Positions 20,516 through 30,209 of a stretch of DNA of 64,000 nt are shown in pieces. The notes beneath the pieces were generated by a model. The model made no database searches. It had not been told where the DNA came from and was given only the letters and a program-made list of their open reading frames with translations. Each line of letters opens with the position of its first letter. The first letter of the stretch is position 1. The position numbers and the translations under genes were made by a program. Origin of the DNA: Deltaproteobacteria bacterium (GTDB taxonomy: Bacteria; Bdellovibrionota_C; UBA2361; SZUA-149; JAITKM01). Location: NCBI GenBank assembly GCA_031278395.1, contig JAITKM010000007.1:139805-203804 (forward strand), given 5' to 3'.

Positions 20516-22083
20516 AGAATAAATTGAACCTTCTGGCAGCTAGTGGCTGCGTCTGTATTGTTTTTGGGTTAATCTGTTTGACGTGGGTTGTGGTCTCAAA
20601 AGTTGATTCTAGCTTGACTTATCTTGAGTTGGGAGTTGGTTTTTTAATGCTGATAGTTTGGTTATTTTTGGGCGGAATTAAAAACAGAAAAACCGAAAGT
20701 AATCGGCAATTAAGCCAATATAGTTGGCATATTTTGTATAGTGTTCTTTTTATTTTAGTTTTGGTTGCTCTAAATTATATTGCGCAGCGTGAGACTTTAT
20801 TTAGCTACGACTCAACTGAACAAAAGATTTATACTTTAGCGCCGCAGACTGTTGGGATTTGTTCAGGTTTAGAAAATCCTGTAACCATTTCAGCTTTTTT
20901 TTTAGGCGGCAAAATTGATGATTTCAAACTTTTGGATTTACTGCAAAGAATTAGCAAACTTTCGAACAAACTAACTTGGCGCGTGGTAGATCCGGAGAAA
21001 GAGCCGGTATTAGTTGAAAAATATAGAATTAAGGAAAACAAAACCTTGCATTTTTTGTTACAAACGCCGCAAGGCAATCGTGAATTACAAATCAGCCAAA
21101 TTTTGACAGAACAAGAAATAGTGAATGCATTGCTAAAACTTAGCAATGCGTCGCAGAAGAAAGTCTATTATATTTTTGGGCATGGCGAGACAGCTTTAGA
21201 TGATCATACTGAAACTGGTTATGCAGCAATTACTAAAGCAATATTGGGTGAGGGAGTGCAGCTAGAGCTTTTAAATCTTTTGGAGGCAAAAAATATTCCA
21301 GAAGATGCGGATGCTATTATTTTAGCTGCTCCTAAGCGTGAATTGTTGAATTATGAAGTTCAAGCTGTGACGGATTATCTAACACAGGGTGGTTCTGGAA
21401 TTTTTCTCGCAGAGCCACGCGGTGCGTCTAGTGTGGCAAAGATTGTTAAAGATTTTGGTATTCTGGTAGGTAATAATTTAGTGGTGGAGCAACAGTTGTT
21501 AAAGGAGCAAGGTGGATTGACGCTGAGTGTGATGCCAGTCATTACGATTTATATGCCGCATGCAGTAACCCAAAATTTTCGGGAAGGTATAGTGTTTAAT
21601 CTGGCGAGTTCAGTGCAGCAGGATACGGAGTTTGTTAAGAAGTATAAAGGCGTTGAGGTAGTGGAGTTAGCGCTAAGTTCAAAGCGTTCTTGGGCAGAGA
21701 CAAAGCTAGATTTGATTTTTGGTGAGAACCCAACTGCAGCTTTTGAGCCAAGTGAGGATTTAAAGGGACCAGTGCCGGTAATTGTTGGGTATGAAAAGCG
21801 GGACGCAAAGTTTAAGGCGCCAAGTCGTATTGTGGTATTTGGGGATGAGCATTTTATTAATAATGTCAATGTGCGCCAGTTATATAATCGGGATTTTTTC
21901 TTAAACGCTTTAAATTGGGTGCTATCTAATGAGCGGGGCATTACTATTCGTTCGGGAACAATGCGGGCAAGCCGGGCAAAAATTACGCCAGAGCAGTTTT
22001 ATTATATGTTTGTGTTAGGTGTAATTTTAATTCCTCAGTTACTGATTATGCTTGGCGTGTATATTTGGTTAAGCCGTGATTAG
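20512..22083 (+). CDS. GldG-like auxiliary component of an ABC-type transport system
   Basis: 523 aa with TM anchors at both ends and a large periplasmic domain; the 4-bp overlap with the permease and the ATPase-permease-GldG order match GldA/GldF/GldG-type systems. Confidence 0.55.
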   Translation: MKNKLNLLAASGCVCIVFGLICLTWVVVSKVDSSLTYLELGVGFLMLIVWLFLGGIKNRKTESNRQLSQYSWHILYSVLFILVLVALNYIAQRETLFSYDSTEQKIYTLAPQTVGICSGLENPVTISAFFLGGKIDDFKLLDLLQRISKLSNKLTWRVVDPEKEPVLVEKYRIKENKTLHFLLQTPQGNRELQISQILTEQEIVNALLKLSNASQKKVYYIFGHGETALDDHTETGYAAITKAILGEGVQLELLNLLEAKNIPEDADAIILAAPKRELLNYEVQAVTDYLTQGGSGIFLAEPRGASSVAKIVKDFGILVGNNLVVEQQLLKEQGGLTLSVMPVITIYMPHAVTQNFREGIVFNLASSVQQDTEFVKKYKGVEVVELALSSKRSWAETKLDLIFGENPTAAFEPSEDLKGPVPVIVGYEKRDAKFKAPSRIVVFGDEHFINNVNVRQLYNRDFFLNALNWVLSNERGITIRSGTMRASRAKITPEQFYYMFVLGVILIPQLLIMLGVYIWLSRD

Positions 22084-22403
22084 CCTCACCCTCTTGAGAT
22101 AATATCGCGCCGCGACAGTTCTTTGGCTTTTTCTTGTAACTCTTCTCTCTTTCTTTCTTTTTTAGTCATGGCTATTAAGAGTCAAAGGAGCAATTCAAAT
22201 TTTAGGGATTAACGGGATCTTTGGAGTTTGGTTTTGCTTAAAAAGTAAAGAGGTAACTTTTTGTAAATTAAATATAAAAAATTATCTGGTTATAACTCGT
22301 TAGTTATATTAGTCCTAACAAACTTTGAATACACCTAGAACAAAAGGGTTTTTCTCCGAGTGTTCGGAGACCACTTTTTTTTACAAGCAAGAAGGAGGAG
22401 ATA

Positions 22404-22970
22404 ATGTCTCTAACTACTAAAAAGTCGCTTTTTCCGGGAAAAAAATTACTGCAACTAGAAAAAGGTAGAATTTTCTTTCCGAATAAGCCTAAAAATCAGC
22501 CTTATCAAAAACATACAGCAATGAAGCCGAAGCCAGCAACTAAATTGTTTTTTCAATGGTTGCAACCCTCTTATGCTAACGATGAGATTGAATTTGAGTG
22601 GAAAAGTTCGAAAATTTGTCCTTCTCCGCTTAGTGTTAAAATGTTTGTTTTCAATGATGTGGCAACTGGAGATAATTATCAATATCGCAAAAAAATTGTA
22701 GAACTTGTTATGAAGAACCCAAACAAGTTTTTTCTAGACAAGGAGACAAATGGTAACACTATTGTTTTTCCAGACCAATATTATATTGGTCAAGGTCCGG
22801 TGCGAGTAATTGATGATTTCTGTTTAGAAATTGAGGGAATTACTCACAGGCAGAAAGAACTTAGAGAGTTTATTCCTCCTAAACCAGTTTGGCCTAAAAC
22901 ATATGTAATTAATTTCGAAATCTTTGAATCAGATGAAGATCCAATGCTTAAGCAACTTAGTTTAAGATGA
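22404..22970 (+). CDS. Hypothetical protein
   Basis: ORF with an upstream AGGAGG-type RBS (aaggaggagataatg). Confidence 0.4.
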   Translation: MSLTTKKSLFPGKKLLQLEKGRIFFPNKPKNQPYQKHTAMKPKPATKLFFQWLQPSYANDEIEFEWKSSKICPSPLSVKMFVFNDVATGDNYQYRKKIVELVMKNPNKFFLDKETNGNTIVFPDQYYIGQGPVRVIDDFCLEIEGITHRQKELREFIPPKPVWPKTYVINFEIFESDEDPMLKQLSLR

Positions 22971-22982
22971 GTTCAAAGATGA

Positions 22983-23050
22983 TATCCAGGCGTAGATAAT
23001 TGTCGTTTAATAGCGGCTTTTATCTACGCTGGATAATCGTTTTGGTTTTT
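22983..23050. terminator. Bidirectional rho-independent terminator
   Basis: An ~15-bp stem (atccaggcgtagataa / ttatctacgctggat) is followed by ttttggtttttt; it sits between convergent genes. Confidence 0.55.
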
Positions 23051-23138
23051 TGTGTTCTGGTGTAATTTTCAAAGTTTATTTTAATTGGTTAGTCTAAGTA
23101 TCTACACCTTGTATACTTAGGTAGCTCGACAGAGGGAA

Positions 23139-24473
23139 TTATGAACTAACTGCAAGGTTACGAAGCTGGGACAATAACTTAGCGTTGTCGGAATGCCCGG
23201 TCTTGACAGCCCGGATACGACCCTGAAGTGGACGACCTAATAAAAAGAAATCTCCAATTAAATCCAAAATCTTATGACGCGCCAGCTCTTCTGAGAACCT
23301 TAACTCTGTATTAATTACCCCATCATTGCCAATCAAAATAAAATTATTCAAACGCCCACCAGCAGCTAACCCAGCTTTTTGCAAATACTCAACCTCTTTC
23401 ATAAAACCAAAAGTCCGAGCTGGAGCAATATTTTCTTTAAAAGCCTGCGGCGAATTTAAATTAAACTCAAAATACTGCTTGCCTATCGGCGCTGGATAAT
23501 TCAGTTCATAACTAATTGTTAAACCTGCTGTCTCGCAAGGCTCAATCATAATATACTCGTCTTCGGGCGATCGCCCTAGATCATCCTTATTTTTCGTGCG
23601 ATATTCAAACGGCTGATCAATCTTTATTTCATACCACTCTCCACCCTGCTCCTCTATGCCAATACTCTCCAAGGCTTTACAAATTTCTACGGCTGAACCA
23701 TCAAAAATTGGCACTTCGTCATTACACTTAATCAGTAGGTTAGTGATTTTATAGGCATGCAAAGTCGCCATTAAATGCTCAATTGTTGAAACAGAACTCC
23801 GCTCCGAAGTAATGGTTGTCGCAAAACTTGTCGAATTTACATAATCTATAAAAACTGGAATTGTCTTAGGTTCGCCTATTTTCGCAAAATGTAGACCAGA
23901 ATTTAAAGGCAACGGTTCCAGCACTAAGCCACTTTTTTGTCCTGAATGTAGACACTGTCCATACATAATCAGGCTTTTAGCCAGCGTGCGCTGTCCAAGA
24001 TTTTTGCCTTTTAAGCCAGTTGATAAAACTCCAACATTTTTTAACACATCAATATTTAAATCATTTCCACTAAAATTTTTATTAGTCTTAGTTAGCGCAC
24101 GGTTAACCGAGAGTAAAATGCTATCTATATTAAAAGGTTTTTCTATAATATCAAAAGCACCGCGCCGTGTTGCCTCTAACGCATTGGAAATAGTCGCATG
24201 CCCGGAAATCATAATGACTTCTGTATCCGGTGAGATTTTTTTTATACACTCTAAAGTTTTAATCCCATCCCAACCAGACATCCAAATATCAAGAAAAATT
24301 AGGTCTGGATGATATTGCTTAACTTTTTCTAATGCTTCTTGCCCACTATTAGCGGTAATTGTTGCGTAATGTTCGTCCTCCAGCACGTTACATAATGCTG
24401 AACAAATACTAGTTTCATCATCAACTACCATGATTAAAATTTGAGTATTAGCTTTTAACTTTAAATTAGACAT
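23139..24473 (-). CDS. lpxC: Fusion protein: N-terminal CheY-like receiver domain plus UDP-3-O-acyl-N-acetylglucosamine deacetylase (LpxC)
   Basis: Residues 10-125 form a REC domain (VVDDE, phospho-acceptor D in LIFLDIWM, S in MISGH, K in EKPF). The rest is full-length LpxC (QRTLAKSL..GLH, STIEHLMATL, ARTFGFMKEVEYL, HKILDLIGD, TGHSDNAKLL) with the zinc-ligand and catalytic His/Asp/Glu positions conserved. Confidence 0.85.
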   Translation of the reverse strand: MSNLKLKANTQILIMVVDDETSICSALCNVLEDEHYATITANSGQEALEKVKQYHPDLIFLDIWMSGWDGIKTLECIKKISPDTEVIMISGHATISNALEATRRGAFDIIEKPFNIDSILLSVNRALTKTNKNFSGNDLNIDVLKNVGVLSTGLKGKNLGQRTLAKSLIMYGQCLHSGQKSGLVLEPLPLNSGLHFAKIGEPKTIPVFIDYVNSTSFATTITSERSSVSTIEHLMATLHAYKITNLLIKCNDEVPIFDGSAVEICKALESIGIEEQGGEWYEIKIDQPFEYRTKNKDDLGRSPEDEYIMIEPCETAGLTISYELNYPAPIGKQYFEFNLNSPQAFKENIAPARTFGFMKEVEYLQKAGLAAGGRLNNFILIGNDGVINTELRFSEELARHKILDLIGDFFLLGRPLQGRIRAVKTGHSDNAKLLSQLRNLAVSS

Positions 24474-24482
24474 AAAAATTTT

Positions 24483-24815
24483 TTATTTCCCAGTTGCGTG
24501 ATGTTTTTCTAAATCTTCTTTGGAATAACTATTGGCAATTTTTTCAGCCAGTTGGATATAATCAGACCACTCAACTGGCACACTACTATCTTCATAAATC
24601 GCCTCAACTGGACATTCTGGCTGACAGGCTCCGCAGTGTAAGCATTCATTGGGATTGATAAATAACATTCCATAATCGTCATCTTTGGGGGCTGGACGAC
24701 CAACTTTTTCATTTAAAGATTTGTCTGGATTATTGTAAAAGGCATCTGCTGGACAAACTTCACAACATGCTCTGTCTTTTTTTCCAATACAAGGTTCAGT
24801 AACGACGTAAGGCAT
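24483..24815 (-). CDS. Two-cluster ferredoxin (FdxA-like)
   Basis: Two Cys clusters (C..C..C...CP); it lies 9 bp upstream of the REC-lpxC gene and is probably co-transcribed with it. Confidence 0.75.
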   Translation of the reverse strand: MPYVVTEPCIGKKDRACCEVCPADAFYNNPDKSLNEKVGRPAPKDDDYGMLFINPNECLHCGACQPECPVEAIYEDSSVPVEWSDYIQLAEKIANSYSKEDLEKHHATGK

Positions 24816-25079
24816 ATAAATTTCTCCTTAATTAAATTTAAGTATTAAAAACATATTAAATTAGCGGCGAACCCTAACACAGTTTAAATATTATTTCAAT
24901 TAATAATCTATTTAAAAATATAAATATTTATGGCATGTTAGCCACATTTTTTTTTAAAATGTTAGGGTAATCGTTTATTTCTTGTAATCAGTTATGTTTT
25001 AAATGTTCTTTTCTAGTAGATGCTGATTCACAAGTGACAGAATGGTTACAAGTTAGTAACTACTAAACATAAATAATTC

Positions 25080-26081
25080 ATGAAAAATAAGGGCTCAAAA
25101 ATATTATATAATCTAATTAAGATCTTGATTTTTCTAATTAGATTAATCCCGTCAAGACTTGCCTTAAGGTTGTCAGCTGCTAGTGGAAGAATTGTCGGTA
25201 AATTTTGTAAAGAAGAAATAGCAATTGCCAAAGCTCAACTGCAATTATTGTGTAACGTAAAGAAAACTAAAGTAGAGATTGCGCCAATCATCTCTGCCAA
25301 TTTTGCCCATATTGGTAAGACTGTCTACGAGTCACTAATTATTGACCGCCTGACAGAATTTAAAGACGGCATACAGGTTGCAAAATCCTTTTCTGAACAA
25401 CCCTACAAATACATTGAATTTTTAAATGACACCAAGGTCCTAGACCAAATCTTAGAAAATGATTCGTCGTGTATTATCCTGAGCGCCCATTTGGGTTGTT
25501 TTGAATTACTGGCAGCTTGCGCCGCCAAATTTGAAGTTAATCAAACTAAACGTAAGCTAATTGCCATTGGAAGAAATCCTAATTTTAGCGTGGCAGATTT
25601 AATCCTTAAAGATATCAGAGAGACATATGGCATGCAAACTATCTGGCGTAATGACCCACACGTTGGGGTGAAGTTGGCGCAACTTATAAAACAAAGAAAC
25701 TGGCTTGCAGTTTTAATTGACCAAGATATTAATTTAAAAAATCAGTTTTATCCGTTTTTGGGTCTGCCTGCAGCCTATCCAGTTGTGCCAATACGTTTGG
25801 CAGTCAAATATTCAATTCCTACTGTTTCGGCTTTTATTGTTAGACAAGATGCTTTTAAGTATTTGGTGTCAGTCAAACCGATTAAGTATGATTCCCAAAA
25901 AGAAACAGCTGTAACTCAGATTTTGTCAGCCTACACCCAACATTTAGAAAGTCTTTTGCTGGAATACCCGGAACAATGGGTGTGGTGGCATCGACGCTGG
26001 CGCAGACGCCCTGAAGGAGGAAAAATACGAACGACAGCTGAGTATTTGAAATGGTTAAAAACTATACAAGATAATTTATAA
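25080..26081 (+). CDS. Lipid A biosynthesis acyltransferase (LpxL/HtrB family)
   Basis: LPLAT/Lip_A_acyltrans architecture with an N-terminal membrane anchor and the HLGCFE region; divergent from the lpxC operon. Confidence 0.65.
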   Translation: MKNKGSKILYNLIKILIFLIRLIPSRLALRLSAASGRIVGKFCKEEIAIAKAQLQLLCNVKKTKVEIAPIISANFAHIGKTVYESLIIDRLTEFKDGIQVAKSFSEQPYKYIEFLNDTKVLDQILENDSSCIILSAHLGCFELLAACAAKFEVNQTKRKLIAIGRNPNFSVADLILKDIRETYGMQTIWRNDPHVGVKLAQLIKQRNWLAVLIDQDINLKNQFYPFLGLPAAYPVVPIRLAVKYSIPTVSAFIVRQDAFKYLVSVKPIKYDSQKETAVTQILSAYTQHLESLLLEYPEQWVWWHRRWRRRPEGGKIRTTAEYLKWLKTIQDNL

Positions 26082-26521
26082 TGAAGCTACTTAATCTTAT
26101 GCCGTTACTGGTTTTACTGGCAATTTTTACTAACGCTTGTGCGCCAGCTCCTTCACCGTTGAGGCTGGCTAAAAGTTATGAGCAGAAAGAAGAATATCAA
26201 AAAGCCATTGAGGTATATCAACAAATTATAAAAAATAAATCACAAATTTATATCTACTACTTACTCATTGGAGATAATTATTTAAAATTAAAAAATCCAG
26301 ATTTAGCAGAAGATAATTATATTTTGGCTATTGAAAACAATGCTGAGAATGAATTTATTATTGATCGCATTCGCTTACTTGCCCGTTATTTTGCAGAACA
26401 AAACGATTTTGAGCAGGCAATCGAAATTCTAAGAAAATACCGCTATCTCAATCCTGACAGCATAGATTTTAGTATTGATGGTCTACACAAAGATTCTATT
26501 AAAATTGAGGATGAGAAATAA
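26081..26521 (+). CDS. TPR-like lipoprotein
   Basis: Lipobox LAIFTNAC; helical TPR-like repeats. Confidence 0.4.
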   Translation: MKLLNLMPLLVLLAIFTNACAPAPSPLRLAKSYEQKEEYQKAIEVYQQIIKNKSQIYIYYLLIGDNYLKLKNPDLAEDNYILAIENNAENEFIIDRIRLLARYFAEQNDFEQAIEILRKYRYLNPDSIDFSIDGLHKDSIKIEDEK

Positions 26522-26593
26522 ATAATCGTTCTGGTTTTATATCTAGCGCCTGCCATTTGACATTTTTACAGACATATAATATCTGCCAGCGCA

Positions 26594-27553
26594 ATGAAAA
26601 TTATAGTTACTGGTTCAGCTGGGTTTATTGGCTCAAATCTCTGTGAAGAGCTTTTGCGCCAAAATGAAGAAGTTATCGGCATTGATAATTTTGACGACTA
26701 TTACTCTCCAGCTCAAAAAGAAAAAAATCTTGTCGAGTGCTTAAAAAATTCAAACTTCACTTTATATAGAAATTCAGTAACTGATCGCGAAGTAATAGCC
26801 CAAATCGTTGCTCAACATAAACCCAAAGTTATTGTACATCTGGGAGGATTAGCTAGCGTGCGTTTCTCAATTGGCAAAGCTAAACTCTATAACGAAGTAA
26901 ATGTCCTTGGCTCAATTAACCTGCTAGATGCCGCTATTGAAAATAACGTCCAAAATTTTATTTATGCTGGGACTTCATCCATCTATGGCAACACCCAGAC
27001 AATTCCATTTATTGAGAGCGATCCCTGTAACTCCCCGCTAGCCCCATATGCAGCTAGCCGCAAAGCAGTTGAAACCCTAGGCTATAGCTACCACAACTTA
27101 TACCAACTTAATTTTACAGTTTTACGCTTTTTTAGCGTCTATGGTCCTAGAGGGCGTCCGGATATGATGCCCTATATAGCAATAGACAAAATATCTAATA
27201 ACGAAAAAATTGTTTTGTTCGATAGTGGACAAATGTGGCGCGATTGGACCTATATTAATGACGTTATTAATGGTGTTATTGCTGCAATTAAAACACCATT
27301 AGGTTATGAAATTATTAATTTAGGACGTGGTAAACCAATCTTAATGGCAGACTTCATTAAGATTTTAGAGGAGTTAATAGGTAAGAAAGCATTTTTAGAA
27401 TGTTCACCTGCGCCAGCTAGTGAAATAAAAATAAATTATGCCAACATTGACAAGGCCAAAAGATTATTGGGATATATACCCTCTACTGATCTCCGGTCTG
27501 GACTAGAAAAAATGTGGGAATGGTATCAATGTAGTATTAAAAACGAATGTTAA
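26594..27553 (+). CDS. NAD-dependent epimerase/dehydratase (UDP-sugar 4-epimerase-like)
   Basis: Rossmann motif TGSAGFIGS; extended SDR family with a YxxxK active site. Confidence 0.8.
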   Translation: MKIIVTGSAGFIGSNLCEELLRQNEEVIGIDNFDDYYSPAQKEKNLVECLKNSNFTLYRNSVTDREVIAQIVAQHKPKVIVHLGGLASVRFSIGKAKLYNEVNVLGSINLLDAAIENNVQNFIYAGTSSIYGNTQTIPFIESDPCNSPLAPYAASRKAVETLGYSYHNLYQLNFTVLRFFSVYGPRGRPDMMPYIAIDKISNNEKIVLFDSGQMWRDWTYINDVINGVIAAIKTPLGYEIINLGRGKPILMADFIKILEELIGKKAFLECSPAPASEIKINYANIDKAKRLLGYIPSTDLRSGLEKMWEWYQCSIKNEC

Positions 27554-27634
27554 TAATGGGGTGGGGGTGGAAGTGTAGAGATTATATATTACTAATTTAA
27601 TTAATAACAAACAATAAAAGGAGTTAAAACTATT

Positions 27635-28213
27635 ATGGATAAAAGTATTAAAGGTAGCCAAACCGAAAAAAACCTTTTAAAGGCGTTTGCTGGTGAATCG
27701 CAAGCTAGAAATCGTTACACATTTTTTGCCAAAGCCGCACGTAATGAAGGTTATCAAAAAATAGCGCTATTCTTTGAAGAAACAGCTCGCAATGAAGAGG
27801 AGCATTCTAAATTATTTTTTAAGCAACTTGAAGGCGGAAGTGTAGAAATTACTGCTAGTTATCCAGCGGGTATTATTAGTAATACACTGGATAATTTAAA
27901 AGAAGCTGAAATGGGTGAAGAAGAAGAGTGGAAAGTATTATATCCTGCCTTTGCTAAGGTAGCTAAAGAAGAGGGTTATATAAAGCCGGCTTCTCTTTTT
28001 ACTTTAATTTCTGAAGTCGAAAACCAACATCGAGATCGTTTTGCTAAACTTTGGGAAGAAGTTAAAAATAGTGCGATCTTCACTAAACCTAATAAAACAG
28101 TCTGGCGTTGTCTAAAATGCGGACACCAACATAGTGGAACTTTGGCTCCACAGGTTTGTCCAATTTGTGGTCATCCACAGGCTTACTTTGAAGTGGTAGC
28201 TGATGTATTTTAA
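27635..28213 (+). CDS. Rubrerythrin
   Basis: Ferritin-like diiron domain (E..H pairs) plus a C-terminal rubredoxin-like CxxC...CxxC (CLKCGH...CPICGH). Confidence 0.85.
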   Translation: MDKSIKGSQTEKNLLKAFAGESQARNRYTFFAKAARNEGYQKIALFFEETARNEEEHSKLFFKQLEGGSVEITASYPAGIISNTLDNLKEAEMGEEEEWKVLYPAFAKVAKEEGYIKPASLFTLISEVENQHRDRFAKLWEEVKNSAIFTKPNKTVWRCLKCGHQHSGTLAPQVCPICGHPQAYFEVVADVF

Positions 28214-28229
28214 GTAAGTGTTGAGCGCT

Positions 28230-28286
28230 AACAATCTACTGCCGGCATTTTTGTTTAAAATGCCGGCAGTAGATTGTTAGGATTTT
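28230..28286 (+). terminator. Strong rho-independent terminator after rubrerythrin
   Basis: Perfect 22-bp stem (aacaatctactgccggcatttt / aaaatgccggcagtagattgtt) with a 5-nt loop, followed by aggatttt. Confidence 0.8.
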
Positions 28287-28350
28287 AGCTCTTGTTTTTC
28301 CTTTTCTCTTGAACAATCTCTAAATTTCTGCTTAAAGTCTGCCCGTTTCT

Positions 28351-28424
28351 GGCGATGTAGCTCAGGTGGCTAGAGCGCGGAACTCATAATTCCGAAGTCA
28401 GTGGTTCGAGTCCACTCATCGCCA
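28351..28424 (+). tRNA. tRNA with a CAU anticodon (elongator tRNA-Met, or tRNA-Ile2 if lysidinylated)
   Basis: 74-nt cloverleaf: acceptor ggcgatg/catcgcc, anticodon stem cggaa/ttccg, loop ctCATaa, T-loop ttcgagt. G1-C72 is paired, so this is not an initiator; CCA is not encoded. Confidence 0.85.
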
Positions 28425-28456
28425 TTTTTAAGATTACATATCAATTATATTATTCC

Positions 28457-29710
28457 ATGGATAAAAAAACTATCGCCGTATTTTTTGGCGGACAATCAAC
28501 TGAACATGATATTAGTATTCTGGCGGGGTTAGCGGTTATGCAGGCTATTGACAGGACTAAATTCAATGTTGAGCCTATATATATAGATTTCGATGGTAAC
28601 TGGTATAATGGCGAAGCTTTAAAGTTTCCAAATACTTTTCATCTTTCTAAAGCTATTAAAAAAACTTTAAACCGGGTGGAGTTTCCGATTGGGCGCAATT
28701 TTGAAAATGATCGTCCGCATTGCGATGTGATTTCGCGAGCAACTTTTTTTGGGGATAAAAAGATTTATTTTGACGTGGCGTTTTTAGCTTTTTTGGGTGC
28801 CGTAGGTGAGGATGGGGTTATCCAAGGCGTGTTTAGTACTGCTCGTGTGCCGTTTGTTAATTCAGATGTTCAAGCCGCGTCGATATATATGAATAAAGTT
28901 TTAACTAAAATGATTTTGCGTAGTGCTGGGGTGCCGGTTTTGCCAGAAATTACTTTGCGTCGTCCGGAGGTAGGCATGTTAGATATTAGTGAAATAATTA
29001 AAGGTCATAATTTCACGTATCCAGCTTGTGTTAAACCTGTGAACTTAGGCAGTAGTGTTGGAGTACGTAAGGTTGAGAATGAGGAAGAATTAAAAACGGC
29101 ATTGGTTGATGTGTTTAGGTTGGATTTTGAAGCTATGGTTGAGCCGTTTGTAGAAAATTTAGTTGAATATAATGTAGCGGTTTGTAAAGCTTTTGATGGT
29201 GAAATAGTTTGTTCGGCAATTGAAAAGCCAACTCGTGAAGACGCTCTTTTAAGTTTTGAAGACAAATATTGTCGTGGGGCAAGTAAGGGTAAGTTAGGCG
29301 AGAAATTTGGATCTAAATTTGGGAGCAAACTAGGGACTATTATTTCTGGTGAGAATAGAATGAATCAAGGTATGGCGGCAATGGGACGCGAGATGAACCC
29401 GGCTGAATTAACTGCGGCTCAAAAAGAGTTAATTTTGAATAGTGCTAAAATAGCTATGCAAGTTATTGGTGGAGCTGGAACGCCCAGAGTTGATTTTGTT
29501 TGTAACTCTGTAACTGGTGAAATATGGCTTAATGAGATTAATACAATTCCGGGCATGTTGGCTTATTATTTATGGGAAGCTAGCGAACCAAGAGTTCCGT
29601 TTACCAAGTTGATTGACGCATTAATTGAGGAAGCTTATCGCTCGGCAGATAAACTACGTCGTAACGTTGATTTAAAATCTGCTAAAGCCGCTTTGTTCCC
29701 TGATAGGTAA
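28457..29710 (+). CDS. ddl: D-alanine--D-alanine ligase with a Gly/Lys-rich insertion
   Basis: Ddl N-terminus (IAVFFGGQSTEHDISI) and ATP-grasp C-terminus; 417 aa because of an insertion containing KFGSKFGSKLG repeats. Confidence 0.85.
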   Translation: MDKKTIAVFFGGQSTEHDISILAGLAVMQAIDRTKFNVEPIYIDFDGNWYNGEALKFPNTFHLSKAIKKTLNRVEFPIGRNFENDRPHCDVISRATFFGDKKIYFDVAFLAFLGAVGEDGVIQGVFSTARVPFVNSDVQAASIYMNKVLTKMILRSAGVPVLPEITLRRPEVGMLDISEIIKGHNFTYPACVKPVNLGSSVGVRKVENEEELKTALVDVFRLDFEAMVEPFVENLVEYNVAVCKAFDGEIVCSAIEKPTREDALLSFEDKYCRGASKGKLGEKFGSKFGSKLGTIISGENRMNQGMAAMGREMNPAELTAAQKELILNSAKIAMQVIGGAGTPRVDFVCNSVTGEIWLNEINTIPGMLAYYLWEASEPRVPFTKLIDALIEEAYRSADKLRRNVDLKSAKAALFPDR

Positions 29711-29862
29711 ACTAAATTTAATTAGCGAAATAACTAGAAGTAATCTAGTTAGCTTTTTGAATTTTTTGGTAATATTAAGTTGACTATTGATTGACCTTAT
29801 TGTAGGGAACAAACCCAAATTTATCGCAACTTACGTTACTAATAATTTTTATTAATTAATTG

Positions 29863-29901
29863 GGTCCCATAGCTCAGTTGGATAGAGCAATTGCCTTCTA
29901 A
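29863..29901 (+). pseudogene. tRNA 5'-half fragment (acceptor, D arm, anticodon loop TCT) duplicating tRNA-Arg(UCU); no T arm
   Basis: ggtcccaTAGCTCAGTTGGATAGAGCAattgcCTTCTAA is a near copy of the first 39 nt of the intact tRNA-Arg 170 bp downstream, and diverges immediately 3' of the anticodon loop. Confidence 0.5.
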
Positions 29902-30033
29902 TCGGAGGTAGACGCGCCGGATGAAGATATAATAAACACGATTAAGCTATATTTTTAGCGAGGTTGTGAAAAGTTTAAAGATGTAAGGAACTGGATAGAA
30001 AAAGATTGAAAACCGTTGAGATATAAGTAAAAT

Positions 30034-30068
30034 GCTACATATATGCTACACGGAATGCTACATATTAC
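30034..30068 (+). repeat. Three direct copies of ATGCTACA immediately upstream of tRNA-Arg
   Basis: atgctacatat atgctacacgga atgctacatattac. Confidence 0.4.
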
Positions 30069-30145
30069 GGTCCCGTAGCTCAGTTGGATAGAGCAACAGC
30101 CTTCTAAGCTGTGGGTCAGAGGTTCGAATCCTCTCGGGATCACCA
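30069..30145 (+). tRNA. tRNA-Arg (anticodon UCU), with CCA encoded
   Basis: Cloverleaf: acceptor ggtcccg/cgggatc, anticodon stem acagc/gctgt, loop ctTCTaa, T-loop ttcgaat, 3' a-cca. Confidence 0.9.
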
Positions 30146-30209
30146 GCTTTTTTTATTATTTACATCCCGTTTATCAACCGTTGACTTCACCCATATTCAT
30201 CTCCAGCTC

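Noticed and set aside
24509-24712. Alternative 67-aa ORF within the ferredoxin gene
   Set aside because: It is in a different frame from the Cys-cluster-containing ferredoxin reading frame.
28351-28424. Initiator tRNA-fMet assignment for the CAU tRNA
   Set aside because: Position 1-72 is a G-C pair and the anticodon stem lacks the three consecutive G-C pairs, so it is an elongator Met or Ile2 tRNA.
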